Assembly (NCBI RefSeq): GCF_044704955.1
Contig: NC_091978.1
Location: 316,076,001-316,140,000 of the forward strand
DNA: 64,000 nucleotides
Source of the DNA: Pristiophorus japonicus
Lineage: Eukaryota
Reading direction: 5' to 3'
Position 1 is the first letter of the stretch, and every line of letters begins with the position of its first letter. This document shows positions 26,900 through 38,086 of the stretch, in pieces. Both the position numbers and the translations under genes were made by a program. A model generated the notes under the pieces. It was not told the origin of the DNA, made no database searches, and saw nothing but the letters and a program-made list of their open reading frames with translations.

Positions 26900-27020
26900 T
26901 GAGAGGAACAATTAATAAAAACAAATTAAATTGCCTGTATAGCAATGTACACAATGTCCAAAATAAAATGAGGGAACTGGAAACAATATTTCACAGCAAG
27001 GAACCAGTTGTAGTGAAGAT
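26900..27020 (+). mobile_element. CR1 ORF2 N-terminal (endonuclease) fragment
   Basis: KLNCLYSNVHNVQNKMRELE. Confidence 0.65.
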
Positions 27021-27500
27021 CACCATCATCATAGGCAGTCCCTCGGAGTCAAGGATGACTTGCTTCCACTCTAAAAGTGAATTCTCAAGTGACTACCGTC
27101 TCTGTCAAAGGTGGGGCAGACAGTGCTTGAAGGAAAGGGTGGGTGGGGAGCCTGGGTTGATGCATGTTGCTTCCGCTGTCTATGCTTGGTTTCTGCTTCT
27201 TCTCGGTGATGGAACAAGGTGCTCAGCGCCCTCCTGGATGCTCTTCCTCCTCTTTGGGCAGTCTTGTGCCAGGAACTGGTAGGGATGTTGCACTTTGTCA
27301 AGGAGTATATGAGGCTGTCCTTGAAGCGTTTCTTCTGCCCACCTATGGCTCACTTGCCATGTCGAAGTTCCGAGTAGAACGCTTGCTTTGGGAGTCTTGT
27401 GTCAGGCATGTGGACGATGTGGCCCGCCAAATGGAACTGATCAAGCATGGTGAATGCTTCGATGTTGGGGATGCTGGCCTGAGCGAGAACACTGATGTTG
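27020..27500 (-). mobile_element. RTE-clade LINE 3' fragment
   Basis: AGHIVHMPDTRLPKQAFYSEL; (atg)n tail read as catcatcataggcagtccc. Confidence 0.85.
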
Positions 27501-30500
27501 GTGCAGGAGCAGACCATTCGGCCTTTCGAGTCTGCACCATCATTCAATAAGATCATGGCTGATCATTCACCTCAGTACCCCTTTCTTGCTTTCTTTCCAT
27601 ACCCCTTGATCCCTTTAGCCATCAGGACCATATCTAACTCCCTCTTGAATATATCTAACGAACTGGCATCAACAACTCTCTGCAGTAGAGAATTCCACAG
27701 GTTAACAACTCTGAGTGAAGGAGTTTCTCCTCATCTCAGTTCTAAATGGCTTACCCCTTATCCTTAGCCTGTGACCCTGGTTCTGGACTTCCCCAACATT
27801 GGGAACATTCTTCCTGCATCTAACCTGTCCAGTCCCGTCAGAATTTTATATGTTTCTATGAGATCCCCTTTCATTCTTCTCAACTCCAGTAAATACAGGC
27901 CCAGTCGATCCAGTCTCTCCTCATATGTCAGTCCTGCCATCCTGGGAATCAGTCTGGTGAACCTTCGCTGTATTCCCTCAATAGCAAGAACGTCCTTCCT
28001 CAGATTAGGAGATCAAAACTGAACACAATATTCCAGGTGAGGCCTCACTAAGGCCTTGTACAACGGCATTAAGACCTCCCTGCTCCTATACTCAAATCCC
28101 CTAGCTATGAAGGCCAACATACCATTTGCCTTCTTCACCGCCTGCTGTACCTGCATGCCAACTTTCAATGACTGATGTACCATGACACCCAGGTCTTGTT
28201 GCACCTCATCTTTTCCTAATCTGCCGCCATTCAGATAATATTCTGCCTTCATGTTTTTGCCACCAAAGTGTATAACCTCACATTTATCCACAAATTTACA
28301 GCATCTGCCATGCATTTGCCCACTCACCTAAACTGTCCAAGTCACCCTGCAGCCTCTTAGCATCCTCCTCACAGCTCACACCGCCATCCAGTTTAGTGTC
28401 ATCTGCAAACTTGGAGATATTACACTCAATTCCTTCATTTAAATCATTGATGTATATTGTAAATAGCTGGGGTCCCAGCACTGAGCCCTGCGGCACTCCA
28501 CTAGTCACTGCCTGCCATTCTGAGAAGGACCCGTTTATCCCAACTCTCTGCTTCCTGTCTGCCAACCAATTCTCTATCCACATCAATACATTACCCCCAA
28601 TAACATGTGCTTTAATTTTGCACACCAAACGCTTGTGCGGGACCTTGTCAAAAGCCTTTTGAAAGACCAAATACACCACATCCACTAGTTCTCCCTTGTC
28701 CACTCTACTAGTTACATCCTCAAAAAATTCTGGAAGATTTGTCAAGCATGATTTCCCTTTCATAAATCCATGCTGACTTGTACTGATCCTGTCATTGCTT
28801 TCCAAATGCGCTGCTATTTCATCTTTAATAATTGACTCCAACGTTTTCCCCACTACTGATGACAGGCTAACCAATCTATAATTCTACGTTTTCTCTCTCC
28901 CTCCTTTTTAAAAAGTGGGGTTACATTAGCTACCCTCCAGTCCATAAGAACTGATCCAGGGTCGATAGAATGTTGGAAAATGATCACCAATGCAACCACT
29001 ATTTCTAGGGCCAGTTCCTTAAGCACTCTGGGATGCAGACTATCAGGCCCTGGGGATTTATCGGCCTTCAATCCCATCAATTTCCCTAACACAATTTCCT
29101 GACTAATAAGGATTTCCTTCAGTTCCTCCTTCTCGCTAGACTCTCGGTCCCCTAGTATTTCCGGAACGTTATTTGTGCCTTCCTTCGTGAAGACAGAACC
29201 AAAGTATTTGTTCAATTGGTCTGCCATTTCTTTGTTCCCCATCATAAATTCACCTGATTCTGATTGCAAAGGACCTATGTTTGGCTTCACTAATCTTTTT
29301 CTCTTCACATATCTATAAAAGCTTTTGCAGTCAGTTTTTATGTTCCCAGCAAGATTCCTCTCATACTCTATTTTCCCCCTCCTAATTAAACCCTTTGTCC
29401 TCCTCTGTTGAATTCTAATTTTCTCCCAGTCCTCAGGGTTTGCAGCTTTTTCTGGCCAATTTATATGCCTCTTCCTTGGATTTAACACTACCCCTAATTT
29501 TCCTTATTAGCCACGGTTGAGCCACCTTCCCTGTTTTATTTTTACTCCAGACAGGGATGAACAATTGTTGAAGTTCATCCATGTGATCTTTAAATGTTTG
29601 CCATTGCCTATCCACCGTCAACCCTTTAAGTATCATTCGCCAGTCTATTCTAGCCAATTCACGTCTCATACCATCGAAGTTATTGTTATGTCTGTAAGCT
29701 TGTAATGCTTGTAGCTCCACACTGTGGGTGTGGACGTATTGTGTACTGCAGCTGCATAGTTAATCATTAAACAACAGGCAGCTTTCCGGAGAGTTCCGAG
29801 AGACCAGCCTGCCATGTTAGGAAGCTGTGTGTGCTGTGCTCTGTGAAGATATCACAATTGGTGGCGTGATGTGATATTTTTCGAATGTTTAAAGCTTAAA
29901 TTTTGTTGGTGAAGGATTCAGCCAGCCGACGGAAGACTTTGAAAGTTTTTGTCTTTGAAAAAAAACCTGCAAAATCCGAAGTAAAAAACAGCACATGGCG
30001 TGAACAGCTGGAGATTAAAAATGGCAGGTGTAATCGGATATTTGGGTGAATATAGACATGAGCGGGAACATTTTAAAGCATATGTGGATTGGCTAGAAAT
30101 GTATTTCACTGCAAATAACATAATCGAAGTTCCAGACAATGCAGTCCAGAACCAGGCTGTGTTGGAACGTAAGAAAGCGATTTTCTTATCAGTGGCAGGT
30201 CCGGCATTATACGAAACCCTTGTAAATTTGCTTGTGCCTGACGAGCCATAGGACACAATGCTTAAAGAGATTTTAATGAAGCTGGAGCAGCACTATAACC
30301 CCAAACCGTTAGAAATTGCTGAAAGCTATCGTTTCGGGATTCGGAATCAAAAGTCTGATGAAAGTATCGCTGATTACATCACAGCATTAAAAAAGCTATC
30401 GATGCATTGTAATTTTGAAAACTTTCAAAACCGAGCATTACGGGTTCGTTTTGTTTGTGGGGTGAAAAATGATGCGATCAGAAGGAAGTTATTGACGACA

Positions 30501-31677
30501 GATGACTAAACTTTTGAGATTGCTTGTCAGACAACGAGGTCAATGAGCATGGCTGAATAATATTCCCGAGAATTAAATAATGATTACGGTCATCAGTCAA
30601 CCGAGGTAAATCACCTGCAGGTTCAAAGTAAAAGACGGGCATGGCCGAAAGTCTCAGAAACTGGAAATTCTACCAGAGTGTCGAAGTCATGCTATAGGTG
30701 CCTGGGACAACACATTGCTAAAAGTTGTTCATACGTGAAGACAGAGTGTTTCTTCTGCAGAAAGACTGGGCATCTTGCGAAGGCATGCCGACTGAAGGGT
30801 AAACCAGTTTTTAAAGCTATGAGTCCAGGTTTCAAAACTATGAGTCGAAATCCAAACAGACTACATAGCACGGAAGAACAACAACAGGACGAGGAGATGT
30901 TAGAGTTACACGTCATCAGGAGCACGAGGTTAACGGACAGCGATTCGGGAAGCATCAAAATCCACATAGATGTTGCGGGATTCAAGATACCAATGGAAAT
31001 TGACACAGGTGCCTCCGTGAGTGTAATACCAGAGTCACTGTACCGCGACAAATTGCGTGATTTCCAACTGGAGAAATCCCAGATAGAGCTGCGAGGCTAC
31101 TCGGGAGGGAAAATTCCTGTAGTAGGTCATATCACCGTACCGGTGAAATATAAAGATCAATTTCAGAACTTACCTCCAATAGTAATGAAAGGAGACAAGA
31201 CTGCCTTACTAGGAAGAAATTGGTTGAGCTCACTGAAGCTGGATTGGAGTAAGGTTTTCTGTGTGGAAGCGAGATTTTCATCAATGAAAGAGGTTATCAA
31301 GCAGTATCCGAAGGTGTTCTGCGAAACAGGCAGTCCGATCCAAGGCTTCAAGGCGAGTGTCAGGGTACAGAAGGACGCTAGTACCATATGCACTCAAGGA
31401 GAAAGTAGAGCAAGAACTCAAAAGGCTAGAGACTGAGAACATTATTTGTAAGATAGATCGATGTAATTGGGCTACACCCATTGTTGTTGTACCTAAGTCT
31501 GATGGTAAAGTAAGATTGTGTGGTGATTATAAGGTAACCGTAAACCAGGTTCTAGAGGGTCAAGTCCCCAATACATTGCCGAATATAGAAGATTTGTTCA
31601 CAACACTGACAGATGGTCAGATCTTCTCAAAACTGGATCTTACGAATGCCTACTTACAGCTTGAACTAGATGAGGAA

Positions 31678-32339
31678 TGTTAGCGCGAATGTTTTCCTGG
31701 AAGAAGCACTCGACACTCTGGGTCGGTTCCAACGGCAAAACGGCCTTTATTACTCCGGCAGGGAGAGAGCCTCTGGTCCAACTCCAGGCACTCCACTCCA
31801 CCGAACAAAGAAATTCATCGATATTTATATGTTTTACAATAGTTCATTACAATTACTCAGCCCATGTCGGCTGGACATAATCCAATCATAATGATTACAA
31901 ATCGATTCCACTGGGCCAATGGAATTGGCCCCCACGCACCAGGGGACTGCGTGATCATCTCATGTTTTACCTGGGGCTTATTCATGGCCTCGTGATATTC
32001 TCCAGACCCCCTTATCTTTACTGTCCTTGGGTTCTGCTTGCGCCTAACCTCCTTATCCTTACACAGGAATTTCTTTGTTCAGTATTCTGCTGGGATATCT
32101 TGGCTGTGGTTTGTTGATTAAGGACGTTCTGCTGAGCTCGCCCTTTCCAGTGTTCCTGTACACGGAACTGCAGTGTCATCAGCTACTCAAAAATGTAGTC
32201 AAGCTAACTGTTAGCTGAATTCCCCTAGTGCTTTGCGGAATCCCTGGCAGCCATTTTATATCTGGCTACCATTTTACACATGCATACATGCATACATATA
32301 TTCAGCAAGTGCCTTTGCCTTTGAAAGTGCCCTACAACA
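31678..32339 (-). repeat. 3' LTR of the provirus (662 bp)
   Basis: Direct repeat of 37440-38086; TATA (catataaatat) at ~31821-31831 and AATAAA at 31746-31751 on the minus strand. Confidence 0.97.
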
Positions 32340-32350
32340 ATCCCCTCTTT
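32340..32350 (-). promoter_or_regulatory. Polypurine tract
   Basis: AAAGAGGGGAT immediately before the TGTTGTAGG start of the 3' LTR. Confidence 0.85.
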
Positions 32351-32544
32351 CGGTAAGGGACAAATCCTAGTCCACTTTAACCGACAACATAATTGTTACT
32401 CTATTTATATTCTTATGTACCACTCGGTACTTCCTGCCTCAACGTGCTGGCCAGTCACGTGATTTCAGAAGTCCCGGTTGCTTAGATCAAATTGATATAG
32501 TTCAGATTCCCCTGTCCCTCTGCTGGACAAGTCTCTTTATTTAC

Positions 32545-34627
32545 TCAATCCCTTGTTCTGATACTCCTTTGTCGCGCATAATGCCTGTAGGAGCGACATG
32601 CCATGACGCCCCATGTTAGTGCTAAGACCAGCTGTATCCCTACCAGTATGTGTGATATTATTCAAATCCAGGGGTGGATGTTTACGTTCATCCCCCAGTC
32701 CCAGACCCTCCTCCACCAACTCTGGTTTTGTAACTCTTGGTCAGTATCCTTCTCCAGTATTTCAATCTTTGTCTGTAGTTGGTGGTAGAGTCTGACAGAC
32801 TGGCCTACTCTGAGTCTTAGTTCCCTTAATACTTCAACTAAATGTGGGATAGGGGCCTGCTCTGGCTCGTCATAACCCTGCAGGTGATCGTGGAGCTGAT
32901 CGATGGCGTTAATGATTTTGGGCCTCGGCGTCTAACCTGGATAATGCGGGCTTGTCCTATTGTAACCGATCGTAGGGCTGTGAAGCAAAAGTTTGGTTGC
33001 GAGATCTGGCATTGTAAGCATTGTACCGATATGAATGTGCCGTGGTAAAGACACAGTATTTCCCTTTGCCCCCGTAACCTGCTCTGGCAAAATGTGTGGG
33101 GGCAGGTACTATTTCCAATACACATCCATCGGTTGGATTAAATCCACATCTGTCTAGTTCTCCCTGTCCCACCGGGTGAGGGCACACCGTAATGTCACCC
33201 GTCTGCTTGCATCCCGTCAGGGAGATCCCATAGAGTGTGTTGTCTCTGCGGATAGCAGAGGCTGCAGTCAGATAGTAATGGAGGGAGGTGTTTTCCCGTA
33301 TGATCCTGATATTCTCCAGTTGATAAAGGGGAAACGGTCCTGAGTCTTGTGTGACTATAGGTATCATCAGGGCTATTCCCACTCCGGCAGCTTTGCCCAT
33401 TAGGCAGTTTGGGATCACTGGGTATACTCTGGTTAGTCCCTTCAGAGTGCAGTTATCCAGTGTCCCCTTCAGTTTGGCCAACTGAGCCAGATGTGGGCTG
33501 TCTATCCAGTCTGGCAACTCCCCCCTTTGGATCTGATCGAGGTTGTGCCGTATCTGTCCCACCATCCATAAGCCATAAGCGTGACAGAATTGCTCCTGTC
33601 TAAGTTTTCCAGTATCTTCTCTCTCTCTCTCTCGATAAGGTGATTGATTGTTTTTGCGTGAGCTTCCAGGACCGAGATGCCATCCAATTGGATTTCGGCA
33701 CCCTCTCTTCCTAGTTCGGCTTGATCTTCCTGATTCCGCCCTGCCCATTCTAATAATCCCTTCATCACCCCTTTAAGCTGCTCCACCCTTTCATTTAGCC
33801 CTTGTATGTCCAGTGAGTTTACTATGGAGGTTCCGGCATTAAAACCGGTAGCAACATCATTAACTATTTCCCTCTGAGTCCTATGAACTGGCTCCTGTCC
33901 TCGGAATCTACTGGCACCCATGGCATCGGCAGCCTGCTGCATTATAACTTTACTTAATACATTATACATTTTTCTTGCCTGCTCTCTACAATATTCCGGC
34001 ATCTGTATACCTGAGATATTGATCAGGACAGGCACAATTTCATGCTTAACATTATCATACAATAGTTCACCCTCGTTGGACAGCCCGATCCCATTTTCCG
34101 GTCCCCTTGTAATTGTTGGACATGGCAATTCCATGGGCAGTGTGGTGGTTCTTATGGGGCGCAGTGTCGGAGGGGGTGAGAAGCATACATACAACAATAT
34201 TGCGGCAGCCTCTACCTCCTCATAGTATCCACACAGCCCCATCCCCTTTTTGTGGGTGACTAACGATTGTGGCTGGGCAGGAGGCGCGCAAATTATTCCA
34301 AAGGTACATTCATCGGGCCCCCCCGGCCTCCCTTCGTCTAATGCAACTGCTCCTTGTACCCGTGGAGCATTGCACACATACTCTATTCTTATCCGGATTC
34401 ACTTGCAGCCACGCGTTAAAATAAGTTCTGTCCTTGCTCCAGTCCTTGGCTGTCGGAATGCCTATTCAGTCAGTCAAAGTAAACAAAACCCCATAGTTCA
34501 TGTAATTTTGTCTTTCCTGCGTATGCTGTATCTCTCGTCGTCCGTCTGTATTATCCAGTGCTTGCGTGGGCCTTAAGGTTCCCAGTATCATGAGTCCCCA
34601 GAGTCGAAGTCGCCACTGCGGTCCCAC
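32545..34627 (-). pseudogene. env: Envelope / class I fusion glycoprotein (F-type), disrupted by 2 in-frame stops and ~5 frameshifts
   Basis: Signal-like N-terminus; RTQR cleavage site at 33871-33882; fusion-peptide-like EIVNDVATGFNAGTSIVNS; heptad repeat; Cys-rich domain; second heptad; Trp-rich segment; TM IISHILVGIQLVLALTWGVMAC; basic tail. Confidence 0.85.
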
Positions 34628-34754
34628 CTCGGTGAGTGTTTTATCTGCAAATTTTAAACAGATAGCCTGGTCGTCACCAGGTGTTAGGTTCTGGTCTACT
34701 TGTGTCGCGGTCACTCTGTGGAATCGGAGGCAAGGGTTAGGTTATCCATATACT

Positions 34755-34907
34755 TTATAGTCGTACCATCTCAATCACTTCATGTCCCTGTCTGGGCTGC
34801 CGTCGATTTTGCATTTGAGCTTGCTGTGCTCGAGCCTGCACGATGACCCATCTAAATATTATCCAAACTGCAATCAACACCAATGCCACCACTATTCCTC
34901 CAAACAT
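34755..34907 (-). CDS. 50-aa single-pass membrane protein, candidate accessory gene (below the ORF-track length cut-off)
   Basis: Manual translation: MFGGIVVALVLIAVWIIFRWVIVQARAQQAQMQNRRQPRQGHEVIEMVRL*. Confidence 0.5.
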   Translation of the reverse strand: MFGGIVVALVLIAVWIIFRWVIVQARAQQAQMQNRRQPRQGHEVIEMVRL

Positions 34908-36626
34908 CGCAGTCTGCTTTACTGTTAGGTTGGGTTTGTGGACTACACCTACTCACCGTGGGGTACATTGGCTCTATTGCCATAGGTGATGGTGCTATGA
35001 CTGCGCACTGCACTATTCGTCTGGTCCCATTTTTAAAAATCTCTTCCAGCCTATTTATCTTAGCTTTTAACTCTTGACCAGCTAGTTTGTTTTATTTTTA
35101 TTCTGACTACCCCACCATTTCCTCTGTCTGTCAGGTGAGTCTTCTTTATTTTATTAAGAAATTCAAATTAGTAAGGTCCAGTATAAAACAGCTGTCAATG
35201 GAAAGAGTTAACTCCTTTACAGGTTTGTAAGAAGGCCTGATGTCATTACATGACTTCGCGTAATCATCCAAATCTTTGTGCCTTCAAAACTTGCTTAGAA
35301 ATTAGGAATCCATTAAAACACCAGAAATCATTAGTAAAGTGGTCATAATAAAACTCTTCTCATCGCGAAAGACAGCATTTTAGATTAAACTCCAATTTTT
35401 TCCTTAACTTCTAATGCAAGTACTTGCCAAAGATTTATTTTTGATTTAAAACGAGACCACACATTTTTAATAGCTATTTTGTTCACTGAAATCCAATTTT
35501 CACACAAGCTGTACACATGCCAACATTTCAGGGGTTTTTTACGGTCCCGTTCATTGGGCAAATCTTGTGTTTTATTTCTCTCTCGGCACAAAATCTAAAC
35601 TTCCGTGCCAGTTCCATTTTCTATAAGAATTTTAAAATTCAGTAAGATTTTCTAATTCCCAGTTTTTTCTTTCTGTGCTGAGTTCGCATAGCTTAGATCT
35701 TTTCTCCTCGTTATTTTCAAAATGCTCCTGCTTGTTTAGACTGTGCGGGACTTTTCTTGATAAACAACGTCCATTTTGGAAATCTTTTCAAACTGCAGTG
35801 AAACTTTCTCGTAATTTAAAATCATTATCAATGTCGAGTGTCTTTTACCTCCTCCAATTTTTTTTTCCAATTAAACCAATATCTTTTTCACAGCCAATAT
35901 CAACTAGTATTTAGTAAGTTATGTCTTTTTCGATCACAAACACCTTTTTTTTAAAGAGATCAGATTTAACTTTTTGTTTTAAATGTATCGCATTTTGTTT
36001 TGCCTTTTCTTAACCAGTGGTACTTGAAACCTTCACAACAAAATTAATTCTTCACTGTTCCCATCCTAATTTCTGCTCCCCTTTTGTAGAATTTGTATTT
36101 ATTGTTGGATTACAAAATGTCAAATATGGTAATACTGTTTTTTTTAGCCAAACTTCTGTTTTAGAAGCTGATCAAAAACTCTAATCTTTTGCTCTGTAAC
36201 TTCAATTTTGTGGTACTATATCTCATAAATTACATCTTTTTTAAGCTTCAGCTTCTGACACAGTATGTGTACTTTTATTAAAAAGGCTTCCAAATCCAAG
36301 ATTTTCCAATACAACCAAAATGTTTATCAATGAGAATCACCTGAAATATCTCAAAATCCCAATTCAAATATTGTACTGCCAATCTGTTATTTAAAAATCT
36401 CTTTACTGAGCTAGAAGCTTTCGTGTCAAGGTTTTACACAAAGGAAAAATGGGAACGTACTTCTCCAGCTTGCAGCCTCGAGATACCCACACAGGCTTCT
36501 TTTTTTAAAAGGCATTACAGCTTCCCTTCTCCATTCTTTATCTCATTCCTAGACAGACATTCACAAAAGTCTCCTTTCATTCAACAAAGTTTATTGTTTA
36601 GCTGGCTCTATTCTTGGATCCATACT

Positions 36627-36902
36627 TCACTTAAGATAATCACTATTAGGTTTTTTCTCATTTCTTACATATTGATTAACTTCCTCTGTTAATTTTATGT
36701 GGGCTCGAAGAATCAAGACCACGGCTTTCTCATCTTTATCTTTCTTTTCCTTCTCCCACCGTTCCCGCTGATTTGCTGACGGGTCCTGGGGGTCCCATCC
36801 TGACTTAATCATCTTCTCAATTAGTTTCTTTTGTTTTTCTGCCAGGTGGCAGATAAGGGACCCTTCCGGTCCCCACTCGAGGTTATTTGCTTTATTGGCC
36901 AT
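36627..36902 (-). CDS. 91-aa ORF in the Gag position, probably a truncated Gag N-terminus
   Basis: First substantial ATG ORF after the PBS leader, good Kozak context (ggaATGG), charged helical sequence; no capsid or zinc-knuckle motif. Confidence 0.55.
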   Translation of the reverse strand: MANKANNLEWGPEGSLICHLAEKQKKLIEKMIKSGWDPQDPSANQRERWEKEKKDKDEKAVVLILRAHIKLTEEVNQYVRNEKKPNSDYLK

Positions 36903-37378
36903 TCCTGGATAGGACTAGAACCGTTAGGAATCTACTCACAGAGGTCCGCTTTCCACCGAGCGTAACTTGTAGTAGACCGCCTCCTGGCCTGTCAGGTCAC
37001 ATGTTCTGCTATTACACAAACTTATACAATTCTTAAAATGCGTTTAAGCAATTCCCTACGCCTCCTTAATGACTACCTACCACCGTTTTGTCTGTCGGTC
37101 CGACCCTGTTCACAGGTTTGGTTTCCGTTGGTCGCTGTGCACCGCCTGGTCTCCGGGGTATATTTTCAAATCACACTACTGGGTCTGGGAAGTGTCGCTC
37201 GGTATCACGATCCCACAGTCTAAGTGTGTTCCCTACACCTACTTAGTTCCTGGCCATCACGTGGGACAAAAGTCCTCTTAATACAGGCTCAGGCTAGGTG
37301 TTTAAGATATTAGACCGTCTCCTCGTGTCGATCAACCGGCTTCCACCTTCCACACCCTTTATAATTAAATTTTTTTAT

Positions 37379-37384
37379 ACTCAC
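37379..37384 (-). promoter_or_regulatory. Candidate major splice donor
   Basis: CGG|GTGAGT about 35 nt downstream of the PBS. Confidence 0.55.
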
Positions 37385-37419
37385 CCGGGTTTTTCCAAGG
37401 GCGTCCAGCGACTCCGGGA

Positions 37420-37438
37420 AATCCTGCCGACTATGCCA
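37420..37438 (-). promoter_or_regulatory. Primer-binding site, tRNA-Ser (AGA/TGA-type)
   Basis: TGGCATAGTCGGCAGGATT matches TGGCGTAGTCGGCAGGATT (complement of the vertebrate tRNA-Ser 3' end) at 18/19; 1 nt from the LTR. Confidence 0.9.
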
Positions 37439-37439
37439 C

Positions 37440-38086
37440 TGTTAGCGCGAATGTTTTCCTGGAAGCAGCACTCGACACTCTGGGTCGGTTCCAACGCCAA
37501 AACGGCCTTTATTACACCGGCGGGGAGAGAGCCTCTGGTCCAACTCCAGGCACTCCACTCCACCGAACAAAGAAATTCATCGATATTTATATGTTTTACA
37601 ATAGTTCATTACAATTACTCAGCTCATGTCGGCTGGACACAATCCAATCATAACGATTACAAATCGATTCCACTGGGCCAATGGAATTGGCCCCCAGGCA
37701 GCAGGGGACTGCGTGATCATCTCATGTTTTAGCTGGGGCTTATTCATGGCCTCGTGATATTCTCCAGACCCCCTTATCTTTACTGTCCTTGGGTTCTGCT
37801 TGCGCCTAACCTCCTTATCCTTACACAGTCACAGGAATTTCTTTGTTCAGTATTCTGCCAGGATATCTTGTCTGTGGTTTGTTGATTAAGGATGTTCTGC
37901 TGAGCTCGCCCTTTCCAGTGTTCCTGTACACGGAACTGCAGTGTCATCAGTTACCCTAAAATGTAGTCAAGCTAACTGTTAGCTGAATTCCTGGCAGCCA
38001 TTTTATATCTGGCTACCATTTTACACATGCATATATGCATACATATATTCAGCAGGTGCCTTTGCCTTTGAAAGTGCCCTACAACA
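37440..38086 (-). repeat. 5' LTR of the provirus (647 bp)
   Basis: ~19 substitutions plus 6-bp and 21-bp indels relative to the 3' LTR (counted by eye). Confidence 0.97.

Larger units (their letters stand above)
31678..38086 (-). mobile_element. pol-less endogenous retrovirus-like provirus with F-type env (lokiretrovirus-like by inference)
   Basis: TG..CA LTRs at 37440-38086 and 31678-32339; PBS; PPT; TSD aggaa/aggag; removing it restores the Gypsy RT frame LELDEESKSCLTINTH. Confidence 0.93.

Noticed and set aside
37420-37438. tRNA-Ser gene
   Set aside because: Only the 3' 19 nt including CCA are complementary and it abuts an LTR; it is a PBS.
37298-37732. Plus-strand 144-aa ORF (and 31670-31891) as antisense viral genes
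   Set aside because: They lie largely in the LTR, use non-ATG starts or differ between the two LTRs, and show no protein features.
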